In this document: piece by piece, positions 1-10,408 of the stretch
How the letters are laid out: every line of letters starts with the position of its first letter
How positions within the stretch are numbered: the stretch's first letter is position 1
NCBI GenBank assembly: GCA_905215405.1
Contig: CAJMQE010000002.1
Location: forward strand, 26,681-90,680
Source of the DNA: an uncultured bacterium
GTDB taxonomy: Bacteria; Bacillota; Clostridia; Lachnospirales; Lachnospiraceae
Direction: 5' to 3'
DNA: 64,000 nt
Notes under the pieces: generated by a model
Seen by the model: the letters and a program-made list of their open reading frames with translations, nothing else
Told to the model about the DNA's origin: nothing
The model's database searches: none
Translations under genes and position numbers: made by a program

Positions 1-1166
1 AAAATCACCTGGCCAACGGGTACGCTCATTGTTGCGATTGCTGTAGAGAACGCACTGACTCTGCCCAGCTGTTCTCTTTGCACCCGACTCTGGGTATAAG
101 AAAGTGTAACCACATTTCCGATGCCCAACGCCATCATAATGAGCATTCCTGCTACAGTAAATACAACTGTGACCGTTACGCTCTTCTGACAGACTGCAGC
201 TGCAACTGCCATCACCATAATGCCCAGTGCCATTAGATAGTTCCATTTATAGACACCCTGTACCGAAAATCGTTTTGTAAAATGGCTGACCAGAAATGCT
301 CCTATGATCATCCCCGCTGCCACAACACCCTCAACGATTCCATAGGTTTCTGCCGACACCAGAAATAATGTGCGCAGCACGTAAGGCATCAGAATCGTAA
401 GGATCGGCACTACACAGATATTATACAACCCATAGGATTTGATAAATCCAAGTACTTCCCTGCATTCAGATTTTAAATACTGGTAACTGCTCAACATATC
501 CCGAAAAGCGCCTGTTATAGAAATGCGCTCACGCCCTGCCGTTACAGCCGATTTTTCCATATTTGTTTCTGTCGCTGCTTCGTTCTCGGCTTTTTCTTTA
601 TGATCTTCCAGATGAATAAAGCATTCCATACCTGCTGAAAATGCAAAAGTCAGAGCATTGATAATCGTAATGACCGTAATGCCAAAAAAGCCATATAACA
701 TACCAGCAAGCACCGGTCCTGCCAGATTAGCAATCGATCCGACCTGACTGACCAGACTATTTGCTTTCCGAAGCTCACTTCTTTCTACGATCTCTGGAAT
801 CACGGATGTAACTGCAGGCGTATAGAATGCGCTGATTGCTGCCAGTGCGAACATAACCAGTGCTGTGGCCGGTACGACCAGACCGCCCCTGCCCAAAAAC
901 ACCATATAAAGTGACAGAACTAGGAAACTACAGACATCCAGTGTTATCATAATATTTTTCTTATTGATTCTATCTGCTACTGAACCTGCTATTGGTGCAA
1001 ACAGAATATAAGGCAGTGTGGATATCGCCATTACATTAGAAAAAATCACTGCACTGCCTGTCAGTTCAAGCAAGTACAGTGAAAAGCTGAAACGCTGGAT
1101 CGCGCTTCCGAATATTGACAGGATCTGCCCCACCAATACAATATTAAAATTTCGATTATTTTTCAT
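1..1166 (-). CDS. MFS transporter (EntS/MFS_3-like), partial; the 3' end lies beyond the window start
   Basis: My own minus-strand translation from the ATG at 1166-1164 gives MKNNRNFNIVLVGQILSIFGSAIQRFSFSLYLLELTGSAV... It appears open to position 1 and is hydrophobic and multi-TM. GGTGGA lies upstream. The start overlaps the upstream ABC ATPase stop by 11 nt. It is absent from the ORF track, probably because it has no in-window stop. Confidence 0.7.
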   Translation of the reverse strand, partial: MKNNRNFNIVLVGQILSIFGSAIQRFSFSLYLLELTGSAVIFSNVMAISTLPYILFAPIAGSVADRINKKNIMITLDVCSFLVLSLYMVFLGRGGLVVPATALVMFALAAISAFYTPAVTSVIPEIVERSELRKANSLVSQVGSIANLAGPVLAGMLYGFFGITVITIINALTFAFSAGMECFIHLEDHKEKAENEAATETNMEKSAVTAGRERISITGAFRDMLSSYQYLKSECREVLGFIKSYGLYNICVVPILTILMPYVLRTLFLVSAETYGIVEGVVAAGMIIGAFLVSHFTKRFSVQGVYKWNYLMALGIMVMAVAAAVCQKSVTVTVVFTVAGMLIMMALGIGNVVTLSYTQSRVQREQLGRVSAFSTAIATMSVPVGQVI

Positions 1167-1950
1167 CTTCTTCCACCATCTCGTAATCCATACAAATCGG
1201 ATATTTTCCGTTTTCTGAAAGTCTTACCTTTGCATCGATTTCATAAAGTATCTTTAAATTCTGTGGTGTGATTACATCCAGTGGACTACCTTCAAATACC
1301 TTCTGTCCCTTTTTGATACCAACCAGATGATCTGCAAATTTAGATGCAAGATTTAGCTCATGTATGACAATTACGATCGTGATTTTTTTCTTCTGATTCA
1401 GTTCTTTGAGCAGTTTCAGAATTTCTAACTGGTGTGCAAGATCCAGATATGTCGTTGGTTCATCCAGAACCAGAATCTCTGTCTCCTGTGCCAGATTCAT
1501 CGCGATCCAGACACGCTGGCGCTGTCCACCTGACAGCTGGCTGACTTCTCTATCTGCAAATTCAAACACGCCGGTCTCTTTCATTGCCCAGTCGATTACT
1601 TCCATATCATGCGCATTTAACCCGCTCATCGCTTTCTGATACGGATATCTACCATATGCGACCAGTTCCCTGACCAGTATTCCTTCCGGAACAGTTGGAT
1701 TCTGTGGAAGTACCGCCATTTTCCTTGCAATTTCTTTAGAGGCCATCTTTTTGATCTGTTGTCCGTTGATCTCAATATCTCCTGACTTCGGTTTCAGGAT
1801 ACGGCCGATGGTCTTTAACAGTGTGGATTTACCACATCCATTGGAGCCGATAATCATCGTTATTTTACCATTTGGAATATGCAGATCCATCTGAGGGATT
1901 ATAACTGTCTCATCATATGCAACCTGCAGTTTTTTTACATCGATACTCAT
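1156..1950 (-). CDS. Iron-siderophore ABC transporter ATP-binding protein (FepC/FecE type)
   Basis: Walker A GSNGCGKST, signature LSGGQRQR, Walker B ILVLDEPTTYLD. Sits next to two FecCD permeases and a binding protein. Confidence 0.9.
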   Translation of the reverse strand: MSIDVKKLQVAYDETVIIPQMDLHIPNGKITMIIGSNGCGKSTLLKTIGRILKPKSGDIEINGQQIKKMASKEIARKMAVLPQNPTVPEGILVRELVAYGRYPYQKAMSGLNAHDMEVIDWAMKETGVFEFADREVSQLSGGQRQRVWIAMNLAQETEILVLDEPTTYLDLAHQLEILKLLKELNQKKKITIVIVIHELNLASKFADHLVGIKKGQKVFEGSPLDVITPQNLKILYEIDAKVRLSENGKYPICMDYEMVEEDEK

Positions 1951-1960
1951 TCCTTTACAC

Positions 1961-3010
1961 CTACTTTTCTTTCATCATTAAATATATAAAATATGGAACA
2001 CCCAGCACAGATACTGTAATTCCGACCGGTATCTCGATTGGTGAGAACAGATTTCTGGAAATGGCATCTGCAAGAATCAGGATCACTGCACTGATGCAGG
2101 CACCAACAGGAATCTGCCATTTATGTTTTGTGCCAACAAGTCTTTTTGCCAGCTGTGGTCCAAGTAATCCCAGAAATGCAATATTTCCGGCCACCGCCGT
2201 CGCGAGTGCTGCTAGAAGTGCTGCAATAAAGAAGAAAAATGCAGATTCCTTCTGTACATGAACTCCCAGCCCAGTCGCTACTTCATCTCCAAGCTGCATT
2301 ACGTCAAGAGTCTTATTTTTTCGAATTACAAGCAGTAGTAGCACGAACAAAATCGGTGTCAGAATCGCTACATAATCCCAACTGCTTCCCCACAGACTTC
2401 CGCTCGTCCATGTCAGGACCTGATTATAATCACCTTTGGAACTTTTGAGCTGATAAAAAGATATAATCGCATTAATACCAGCATTGATACCGATTCCAAC
2501 CAGAATCAGTCTGACTGGTGCAATTCCTTTCTTAAATGCAAGTCCATAGATCAGTGCCGCTGAGAGCATTGCTCCTGCAACCGCTGCCAGTGGAATCAGT
2601 AATTTGGTATCCATGGATAATGTATTATAATAAGCTGATTTTCTGGACGTAATAAGAAGTACCACAGCAAGTGCTGCACCTGCATTGATTCCGATCATTC
2701 CGGGTTCTGCAAGTGGGTTCTTTGAAACTTTCTGTAAGACACTTCCAGATGTAGAAAGTGCAATAGATACGAGCAATGCGATACAAATTCTTGGCAAGCG
2801 AATCTGCATGATAGCCATATTTTCTGCTCTTGTACCATTTCCAAGAAGTGTTGCAAAAATTCGTGGCACGCCAATGGTGTATTTGCCCCACATGATTGCG
2901 ACGATACATACTACTGCCAGGAGAATCAACGCGATCAGAAACACAAGTTTCTTTTTGACTGATGGCGCCAACTTTGAGCCAGATGTCAATTTTTTCATTG
3001 TCTGTTCCAT
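1961..3010 (-). CDS. FecCD-family iron-siderophore ABC permease
   Basis: 349 aa polytopic protein with typical FecCD C-terminal sequence (...IPVGITVSVLGVPYFIYLM). Abuts the previous permease stop. Confidence 0.9.
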   Translation of the reverse strand: MEQTMKKLTSGSKLAPSVKKKLVFLIALILLAVVCIVAIMWGKYTIGVPRIFATLLGNGTRAENMAIMQIRLPRICIALLVSIALSTSGSVLQKVSKNPLAEPGMIGINAGAALAVVLLITSRKSAYYNTLSMDTKLLIPLAAVAGAMLSAALIYGLAFKKGIAPVRLILVGIGINAGINAIISFYQLKSSKGDYNQVLTWTSGSLWGSSWDYVAILTPILFVLLLLVIRKNKTLDVMQLGDEVATGLGVHVQKESAFFFFIAALLAALATAVAGNIAFLGLLGPQLAKRLVGTKHKWQIPVGACISAVILILADAISRNLFSPIEIPVGITVSVLGVPYFIYLMMKEK

Positions 3011-4012
3011 TTACGCTCTCTCCCTTCTGACCAAAATTAAAAATACAGGAACACCTAAAAATGCTGTAAACAGCCCGATCGGTGTCTCATACGGAATATT
3101 TACCATCTTGGCAAGAATATCCGCCCATACCAACAGTGCACTTCCCCATACAAATGACAGTGGCATAATTCTGCGGTAATCTGAGCCTGTGATTCGACGG
3201 ACCACATGCGGTACAATCAGGCCTACGAATACTATATTTCCCGATACGCTCACGCATCCAGCACAAATGGGAATCAAAAGTACAATGGAAAGGAATCGCA
3301 ATCTGACCGGATTCACACCCAGACCAATCGCTACCTCTTCTCCAAGGCTCAAAAGATTGATCTTTCCGCTAAGTCCTACCAGCAGTAATGATGTAATTCC
3401 ACCAAACAGTAACAGGATCCGTACATCGCTCCATGTTACATTTCCAAAGCCACCCGCTACCCAAAAAGCCAGTTCCTGAGAACGGTTTCCAAGCAGTGCG
3501 ACCGTCGATGCAAGGGAGAGAAAAAATGTACTGAACGCTGTTCCGACAAGTAGTAATCTTGATAATTTCATATTTGCAGGATTCTTCAGACTGAACAGTA
3601 AAATCAGTCCACCACTGCATAATGCTCCGATCAGTGCTGAGACAGTATTCCCAGCGATACCCCCAATACTGCCGGCTACAGAAGTAATTGCCACCGCCAG
3701 TGTCGCACCCTGTGTCATACCGATTACAGATGGTTCTGCGACTGGATTTCTTGTGACCCCCTGCATTACGGCACCACCCATGGCCAGCATTCCGCCCACG
3801 AGCATCGCACTGATTGCTCTTGGTAATCTGGAATCTCTGACAAGCATTAGATCCATTTCTTCCCGATAGGAAAATATGCTGTCAAATACGGTCTTAAGTG
3901 GTATATTTTTTGCCCCAACACAAGTGGCAACGGTTACTCCCGTTGCCACACAAAGAACACCAAGCACCATAAACAATATAAATTTTTTGTTATAGATGAT
4001 TTGTTTTTTCAT
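3011..4012 (-). CDS. FecCD-family iron-siderophore ABC permease
   Basis: Polytopic, ends ...PIGLFTAFLGVPVFLILVRR. I take the start at the internal MKKQIIYNKK (4012) rather than the ORF-track start at 4054. Confidence 0.88.
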   Translation of the reverse strand: MKKQIIYNKKFILFMVLGVLCVATGVTVATCVGAKNIPLKTVFDSIFSYREEMDLMLVRDSRLPRAISAMLVGGMLAMGGAVMQGVTRNPVAEPSVIGMTQGATLAVAITSVAGSIGGIAGNTVSALIGALCSGGLILLFSLKNPANMKLSRLLLVGTAFSTFFLSLASTVALLGNRSQELAFWVAGGFGNVTWSDVRILLLFGGITSLLLVGLSGKINLLSLGEEVAIGLGVNPVRLRFLSIVLLIPICAGCVSVSGNIVFVGLIVPHVVRRITGSDYRRIMPLSFVWGSALLVWADILAKMVNIPYETPIGLFTAFLGVPVFLILVRRERA

Positions 4013-4123
4013 TTTCTTATGCCTTTTTCTATAAGGTGATCGATCACAAGCCACGAAGACTAATTGTCTTCATCTATTGTCCTGCTGATCCTACAAACTG
4101 TTACTTTGCTGATTCTAAAACTG

Positions 4124-5092
4124 TTATTTTGCTGACTCTAAAAGTCCTTTTACTTCTCCAACGAACTGTTCACGTCCAATTGAGCTGTAACCCATATTGA
4201 AATATGGACTTGCAGGAAGTTCAACTACATGTCCCTGTGCTACTGCAGGAATTGCATTCCAGATACTGCTGTTATAAAGTGCGGCAAGATCATCATCTGT
4301 ACCAACTGCAAAGATGTAATCTGCATCGATTGCTGCAAGACCTTCATAAGTTACAACTGGAAGGCTGATATCTGTCTGTTCTGGCATGCCTTCTGGTTTT
4401 GCAAGTTTCATATCCTGATATAATACATTTCCTACGCCAGCACCATCAAAGATATAGATATTTCCACCGCTTGCAAGGAATGCAAGATAAGATGCATCTT
4501 CGCCGTACTGTGCTTTGATTTCGTTACCTGCTGCTTCTGCTTTTGCATAATAATCATTTAACCATGCTGTTGCTTCATCTGTCTTATTGAAGATTTTTGC
4601 AACGTCCATAATATCTTCTGTCCAGTCAAGCTGTTTTAACTGAATCATAACAGTTGGTGCAACCTGCTGTAACTGCTCATACATAGATTCCTGTACAGAT
4701 GAAATGATGATCAGATCTGGATTCAGATTTAAAATAGCTTCTACATCCATTGTCTGCTGCATGCTGTAACCAAGGATCTCTGCACCCTGTAACTTATCTT
4801 CAAGGTAAACAGGGAATTTTGTGTAATCATATGCATCTGAGTTCGCTGTACCTACGACTGAGTAGCCAAGAAGGGATAAAATATCACTGTTACCACTGAT
4901 ATCTACAATTCTCTGTGGGTTTGAAGGAATTTCGACCTCTCCTCTTGCATCTGTAACTGTTACTGTCTGTGGTGCTGTTGTTGTATCCTGTGCTGCATCA
5001 TTTTTTGCTGTAGATGAACCACATGCTGTCATAAGACCCGCGATAGAAAGAGTGGCTGCAACTACGATTGATTTTATAAAATTACGTTTCAT
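4124..5092 (-). CDS. Siderophore/iron-complex ABC substrate-binding lipoprotein
   Basis: Signal peptide with a lipobox-like ...AGLMTAC-GSS, a Thr/Ala-rich linker, and periplasmic-binding-protein size and position in the operon. Confidence 0.85.
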   Translation of the reverse strand: MKRNFIKSIVVAATLSIAGLMTACGSSTAKNDAAQDTTTAPQTVTVTDARGEVEIPSNPQRIVDISGNSDILSLLGYSVVGTANSDAYDYTKFPVYLEDKLQGAEILGYSMQQTMDVEAILNLNPDLIIISSVQESMYEQLQQVAPTVMIQLKQLDWTEDIMDVAKIFNKTDEATAWLNDYYAKAEAAGNEIKAQYGEDASYLAFLASGGNIYIFDGAGVGNVLYQDMKLAKPEGMPEQTDISLPVVTYEGLAAIDADYIFAVGTDDDLAALYNSSIWNAIPAVAQGHVVELPASPYFNMGYSSIGREQFVGEVKGLLESAK

Positions 5093-5378
5093 TATGTTCT
5101 CACTTTCTGTAAATTCTTTATTCTTGTCCCTAAAATATGTCGACTGTAAATTAGTTCCAACTTTTTATAATTAGTTACTACTTTTTTTGATTAGTCTTAT
5201 CTAACCTCGTTGAATTATAGTAAATCAGGTTACATATTGCAATATTGACATCTGTTTTAATTATATTTTCATCGTTTATAAATATTTATATAGAAAAATC
5301 TGCATTTATCGCTTATAATCTGCTTATAGTAATTTATTAATTTCAATGATTAACTATATTGAAAGGAGCACCTATCCA

Positions 5379-6419
5379 ATGAACGTGACGTCAGCCAGAC
5401 AGTTTCGGTCAGAAGTCCTGAAAAACCTGCACTTTATCCCCAAAAATGCGACCTATGGTACTCGGTATGAACATACCAATGGTCCACAGCTGGGCGTATT
5501 TACTCTTTATGAAAAGCCAGGATGCTACAATCTCGGAATTGCTGACTATACAATAGAAGAACCATTTAAAATTAGTTTTGACAATCCAAATCATTATATT
5601 CGCTTTGGGATTGTCTACCTCGGAACCACAAGTTTCAAACTACATGGAAAACCTGTCTCCTCCTTCTCTCCGTCCTCATTTTTTGTGCTGGAACAGGCGA
5701 TCAGTGGGCAACAGGTCTGGAACCGTGGGCAGCATTACAAAGGAACCGAGATTACAATACATGAAGATTATTTTTGCAAAAAGATTGAAGAAATTACAGG
5801 TCAGCCTGTCGATCTATCCACGATTCCAGTGAACCGGACTTTTTATTATCTGCCTCTTCCTATGGTACAAATCATTCAGCAACTACAGACACTTTCCACA
5901 AAAGAACAGCTGAATCCTGTTTCCTTTGAAGGAAAGATCCTAGAACTCATGGGCATTCTGTACCAGGAACTACAAACCCCTGACAGCGCATTTTTCCGCC
6001 GTGAAAATGATTACGAGACTCTTGTTGTCGGAGATCGCCAGATACAGCTGACACCCGAAGATATCAGTTGTATCGCAAAGGCGCATGATATTCTGTCCGA
6101 AAATTATGCCAATCCGCCAACGATCGAGTCACTGAGCGAACAGGTCACTCTCAATACGCAAAAACTAAAAGCTGGGTTTTCCCATATGTATCAGCTGACG
6201 ATTCGTGAGTACACGACTTCCCTGAAAATGCAGGCAGCTGCCATCCTTCTATGTACCACATCCATGCATATCCATGACATTGGCTACGAAGTCGGCTATA
6301 GTTACCCTGCGAATTTTATCAAAGCCTTTCGTCAGTTCTTCGGTCAGACGCCATATCAGTACCGCCAAAAGAACCAGCAGAACAGACACTTAAACAATGA
6401 ATCTCTCATACAACCATAA
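5379..6419 (+). CDS. AraC-family transcriptional regulator
   Basis: C-terminal double HTH region (...PTIESLSEQVTLNTQKLKAGFSHMYQLTIREY...IHDIGYEVGYSYPANFIKAFRQFFGQTPYQYR). Start chosen at MNVTSARQ, preceded by AAGGAG. Divergent from the iron uptake operon. Confidence 0.85.
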   Translation: MNVTSARQFRSEVLKNLHFIPKNATYGTRYEHTNGPQLGVFTLYEKPGCYNLGIADYTIEEPFKISFDNPNHYIRFGIVYLGTTSFKLHGKPVSSFSPSSFFVLEQAISGQQVWNRGQHYKGTEITIHEDYFCKKIEEITGQPVDLSTIPVNRTFYYLPLPMVQIIQQLQTLSTKEQLNPVSFEGKILELMGILYQELQTPDSAFFRRENDYETLVVGDRQIQLTPEDISCIAKAHDILSENYANPPTIESLSEQVTLNTQKLKAGFSHMYQLTIREYTTSLKMQAAAILLCTTSMHIHDIGYEVGYSYPANFIKAFRQFFGQTPYQYRQKNQQNRHLNNESLIQP

Positions 6420-6441
6420 TCTGCATTTTGCAGTAACGTAC

Positions 6442-6509
6442 AAAAAAGTGCTCCCACACAACGATTCTTTCAACTCTACTTTTAATTCGTTGTGAGCTAG
6501 CACTTTTTG
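6442..6509. terminator. Bidirectional hairpin terminator between convergent araC-like and yeeE-like genes
   Basis: The arm AGTGCTCCCACACAACGA pairs imperfectly with TCGTTGTGAGCTAGCACT. It has an A-run on the left and a T-run on the right. Confidence 0.5.
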
Positions 6510-6524
6510 AGATTGCTTGACTTC

Positions 6525-7091
6525 TTATTTCTCGTATTTTCTTCCTTTCACCGGTATGATCCATGCTGCTGCCATAAATAATACCCCTGTGATCAGCAGG
6601 CCCGTACTTCCCAGTTGAAAAACTGAATCAAATCGATCCGACAAATGAAATAAGGTGATTTTTCCATAATTGAACGTGTCGAATAGGCCAGCATTTTTCC
6701 AAAAAATATAGGTGACTGAAAAAAGGAATGCACCTACAAGTCCACCGATTACTGCAGCAATAGCTCTTTTCACACCATCTGTTCCCATTGCTGCCACACA
6801 GGTTCCAGGACAGGTGCCTGCATACCCAAATCCGACGCCAAAAATCAATCCTCCTAGAATCACGCCCAAATTTGTTGCTTTAATACTCAGATGTGAGAGA
6901 TCAAATATACCAAGACTGATGGTAATAGACAGCAATACGCTTGCAAAGCCAATCCCAAATACAATAATTTTCATCAGTTCCAGATCCTGAAGTCTCAGCA
7001 TCAGAAGAAGTTTTTTAGGGTCAGATGCCCCCGTCAGATAAAGCGCAAAACCAAATAATGCGCCCAATATAATAGCCAGAATAATCTTCAT
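6525..7091 (-). CDS. YeeE/YedE-family membrane protein (sulfur-compound transport half-protein)
   Basis: 188 aa, multi-TM, with the motif GYAGTCPGTC typical of the YeeE/YedE (PF04143-like) family. Paired with the upstream half. Confidence 0.75.
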   Translation of the reverse strand: MKIILAIILGALFGFALYLTGASDPKKLLLMLRLQDLELMKIIVFGIGFASVLLSITISLGIFDLSHLSIKATNLGVILGGLIFGVGFGYAGTCPGTCVAAMGTDGVKRAIAAVIGGLVGAFLFSVTYIFWKNAGLFDTFNYGKITLFHLSDRFDSVFQLGSTGLLITGVLFMAAAWIIPVKGRKYEK

Positions 7092-7191
7092 ATCTATTCA
7101 TCCTTTCCAGTATTCATACACTTCATTTTATTACACACTGTCTTACTTTAAATTTTTGTTTTGCTAATCTATTTTTGTTGTTTGATTATTT

Positions 7192-7275
7192 ACTTTTCTT
7201 AATTTCTTCTTTTATAATTAACTTTTCTTAATTTCTTCTTTTATAATTAACTTTTCTTAATTTCTTCACTTATTA
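7192..7275. repeat. 29-bp tandem repeat, about 2.8 copies
   Basis: The unit ACTTTTCTTAATTTCTTCTTTTATAATTA starts at 7192, 7221 and 7250 (the last copy is degenerate). It lies in the spacer between the two yeeE/yedE half-genes. Confidence 0.85.
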
Positions 7276-7297
7276 ATTACGCTCTATTATTTTATTT

Positions 7298-7903
7298 TTA
7301 ATATTTACTCTTTCTATTTCCAATTATGATTGCGACCGGAATCGCAACAGCAAAAACTGCTGCCGCAAACAGATACCCACTGACTGATCCCTGCATCATC
7401 CCGCTCATCATATGCCCACTTGTGCAACCATCTGCCATTCTTGCTCCATATAACAGCAAAAATCCCCCTATAAAAGGTGGAAAATAACGACGTACAAATC
7501 CTGACTTCTGTGCTGCATTGGCATTGCATCCCATTTGCTCGGCTGGTCTCCTGTCTGTATGATTTTCTTTCTGTCTGTTTCTTTCTCCCATTGCCTTTGA
7601 TACAAAATAACCAGCACATGCGCCAAGCGGAATGGCTAGTACAAATACAAATCCATAATTCCACAGTTCCTTAATCTCTTTCGCAATTTTTCCTTCATTT
7701 TTGTCATAATACGCATTGGAACTTCTATATCCACTATCTCTGTCTTCATCCACCGTAATTACAGATGGCTCGACCAGATTGTGAACAATTCCTGCTAATA
7801 CCGAATATTGTGTGGATACCCCGACTGGCTGTACAATTAATGCTGCAACAAAAAATGTACCTCCCAGCACCAAGGCTTTCCAATACCACTTTAATTCCTT
7901 CAT
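7298..7903 (-). CDS. YeeE/YedE-family membrane protein (first half-protein)
   Basis: 201 aa with the motif ADGCTSGHMMSG and a hydrophilic insert. AAGGAG lies upstream of the ATG. Confidence 0.75.
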   Translation of the reverse strand: MKELKWYWKALVLGGTFFVAALIVQPVGVSTQYSVLAGIVHNLVEPSVITVDEDRDSGYRSSNAYYDKNEGKIAKEIKELWNYGFVFVLAIPLGACAGYFVSKAMGERNRQKENHTDRRPAEQMGCNANAAQKSGFVRRYFPPFIGGFLLLYGARMADGCTSGHMMSGMMQGSVSGYLFAAAVFAVAIPVAIIIGNRKSKY

Positions 7904-8139
7904 ACTATTTCTCCTTTTTTGTGTTCCTGTTAAATTTCTTTCATTCTATTTTCAGTATTTCTATACTTCTGCTTTGATGCATCAAACATGTTTAATTTTT
8001 TTTATTTTGTATGCCTCCTGTATTGGTGATTATACTTTGCAATTGTCTCTAATCTCTGTAACTTACTCACTTTTATCACTTGTAAATTTTCCCACTATAT
8101 TTACTGATTTTAGTATGTATGTTCCTTGCCTTTTTATAC

Positions 8140-8183
8140 AAAAAAAGCCCTGAAGCCATTCATTTCTGAACAGCTCCGGGCTT
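8140..8183 (-). terminator. Intrinsic terminator after the NUDIX gene
   Basis: The minus strand reads AAGCCCGGAGC...GCTTCAGGGCTTTTTTT, a GC-rich stem followed by a U-run. Confidence 0.55.
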
Positions 8184-8201
8184 AATTTTATAATTTATAA
8201 C

Positions 8202-8711
8202 TTATCTCACCTGATGAGTCCCCATTTGAAGAATCTCTTTCATGACCATTGTCTCTCTTGCAATCCATGGAATATTTTCTGAATTTTCAACTGCTTCATT
8301 TCTGGCAATCGCCTCCTCCAATGATAACCATACGACTCTGTAGTCGTACTCTGCTTCATAGTCATCCAGATCACGCTCTCCAGCCAGTTCATTTACATTA
8401 CAGAAGTAATAATAGGAATCCATCTCCATCAAATCATCCGGATCGCCTTTTCTTTTTTCATGAACAAGAATTCCCTCAGTAACAGAATGCAGATCCGTCT
8501 GATAACCTGTCTCCTCTTTCACCTCACGAAACAGCGTCTCCATCAGAGATTCCCCTTTCTCCATCCCTCCGCCTGGGAATTTATGATCTCCATATTTGCT
8601 GTGGATCATTAGATATTTACCCTCTCTGCAAATCACGCCACGAACCGCAGTCCTCTTAAATACACTGCCACCTTCTATATAATCATGCAGATCAATTGTT
8701 AGCTCTTTCAT
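8202..8711 (-). CDS. NUDIX hydrolase
   Basis: Nudix box GGGMEKGESLMETLFREVKEETG (GX5EX7REUXEEXGU). Confidence 0.88.
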   Translation of the reverse strand: MKELTIDLHDYIEGGSVFKRTAVRGVICREGKYLMIHSKYGDHKFPGGGMEKGESLMETLFREVKEETGYQTDLHSVTEGILVHEKRKGDPDDLMEMDSYYYFCNVNELAGERDLDDYEAEYDYRVVWLSLEEAIARNEAVENSENIPWIARETMVMKEILQMGTHQVR

Positions 8712-8806
8712 ATTGTTTGTTACCCCCTGTCAAATGGAAACCTAATTCTATATCCTTATACCCTGTCCTTGTACCCTGCCCTTGTACCTAGAAGCCCTGA
8801 AGCAAT

Positions 8807-10186
8807 CTACTTTGTCAGCAGTGCTACCGTCTCCACATGAACAGAATGTGCGAACTGATCTACTGGCTGTACCTTTACGACACGATATCCATTGGCTGTC
8901 ATAAATTTTAAATCTCTTGCCAGTGTAGCAGAATCACAGCTGACATAGACCATTCGATCAGGCTGCATCTTTACGATCGTATCTAAAAGAACTTCATCGC
9001 ATCCCTTTCTTGGTGGATCGACAACAATTACATCTGCATGTGCTTTTCTACCTTCTTTTGCTTCATTTTCATAAAATTCAGGCAACACTTCTTCTGCCTT
9101 TCCAACAAAAAACTCTGCATTGGAAATGTTATTGATCTTAGCATTGTTGTTAGCATCTTCAATTGCCTGTGGGACAATTTCCACACCGTAGACTTTCTTA
9201 GCCTGCTTTGCGAGGAACAGTGAAATCGTTCCAATTCCACAGTATAGATCCCATACAGTCTCATTTCCTGTCAGGCCGGCATACTCCAGTGCTTTCTGAT
9301 AAAGTTTTGTTGTCTGCTGAGGATTGACCTGGAAAAATGACAATGGTGAGATCTGATATTTTACATCCCCAATGTAATCTTCAATATAAGCTCTGCCCCA
9401 GAGTGTCTCACATTTCTTTCCCAGGATCACATTGGTCTTTTCTGTATTAAAGTTCAGCATAATAGATGTCATACCCTTTTTATCTTTGAGTTTGTCCACT
9501 AGTTTATCTGCATTCGCAAGTTTCTTTCCATTGATGACCAGACATACCATGACCTCTCCAGTCTGAAATCCTGTACGGATCAGGACATGACGGACCAGTC
9601 CCGTTCCTGAAATCTCATTATATGGTTTAATTGCGTTTTCCTGCATAAATGTTTTTATCGCTTCCAGAATCTCCTGATTTCCTTTTGCCCCAATTGTACA
9701 ATCTGTATTATCAATGATTGCATGCGTACGACCCGCATAAAATCCCATAATGATATTTCCATCATGATCCTGTCCGACTGGATATTGTGCTTTATTTCTA
9801 TAATAAAATGGTTCCTCCATGCCTATGATCGGACACATCTCATATGCATCCTCTGCAAGTCCACCAAGACGAAGCAGGTTATTGCGTACCATATTCTGTT
9901 TAAATGCGAGCTGACTCTCATAGCTCATTTCCTGAATCTGACATCCTCCGCACTGCCTTGCTACCGGACATTTCGGTTCGACACGGTCTGCAGATGGTGT
10001 AAGAATCTTCATCAAACGTCCATAACCATAATTTTTCTTTGCCTTGATCACTTTTACTTCAACAGTGTCTCCGATAATCGCATCTTTTACGAACAATGTG
10101 TAGCCATCTACTTTACCAATGCCCTCTCCACCTGTTCCTATATCCTCTATTTTTACTGTCGCTGTATCATTTTTCTTTAAACTCAT
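8807..10186 (-). CDS. 23S rRNA (uracil-5-)-methyltransferase, RumA/RlmCD family
   Basis: N-terminal TRAM domain, cysteine cluster CPVARQCGGCQ, and a SAM-methyltransferase C-terminal half (DLYCGIGTISL, VIVVDPPRKG, VYVSCD). Start taken at MSLKKND, preceded by GGAG. Confidence 0.9.
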   Translation of the reverse strand: MSLKKNDTATVKIEDIGTGGEGIGKVDGYTLFVKDAIIGDTVEVKVIKAKKNYGYGRLMKILTPSADRVEPKCPVARQCGGCQIQEMSYESQLAFKQNMVRNNLLRLGGLAEDAYEMCPIIGMEEPFYYRNKAQYPVGQDHDGNIIMGFYAGRTHAIIDNTDCTIGAKGNQEILEAIKTFMQENAIKPYNEISGTGLVRHVLIRTGFQTGEVMVCLVINGKKLANADKLVDKLKDKKGMTSIMLNFNTEKTNVILGKKCETLWGRAYIEDYIGDVKYQISPLSFFQVNPQQTTKLYQKALEYAGLTGNETVWDLYCGIGTISLFLAKQAKKVYGVEIVPQAIEDANNNAKINNISNAEFFVGKAEEVLPEFYENEAKEGRKAHADVIVVDPPRKGCDEVLLDTIVKMQPDRMVYVSCDSATLARDLKFMTANGYRVVKVQPVDQFAHSVHVETVALLTK

Positions 10187-10321
10187 TATTCGCTCCATTT
10201 CCAGTCTGTCAGTCTGTTAAACAATCACAGACCGTAGTCTCTCCACTTATATTTCCAGCTTGGCTGCCTCTTTGTGGCACATCTGTTCTGCCAGTCCTAT
10301 CAATCTTTTTTCATCTTACCA

Positions 10322-10360
10322 TAAAAGAAGGTGCATAACAATTGCGGTCATGCACCTTCC
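10322..10360 (-). terminator. Intrinsic terminator after yhaM
   Basis: The minus strand reads GAAGGTGCAT-loop-ATGCACCTTCTTTTAT. Confidence 0.55.
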
Positions 10361-10408
10361 TTCCACTTTTTTAATCTGCTTTCGAACTATTTTTCAACTA
10401 TTTTCGAT

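Noticed and set aside
5093-5378. Fur box or defined promoter in the divergent region between the iron-uptake operon and the AraC gene
   Set aside because: The region is AT-rich with several TATAAT-like hexamers. I found no convincing 19-bp Fur-box-like palindrome and no properly spaced -35/-10 pair.
8712-8806. Short repeat CCCTG(T/C)CCTTGTA, 2 copies, between the NUDIX and rumA genes
   Set aside because: Only two 13-bp copies. This is within what chance or local slippage produces, and no associated structure is apparent.
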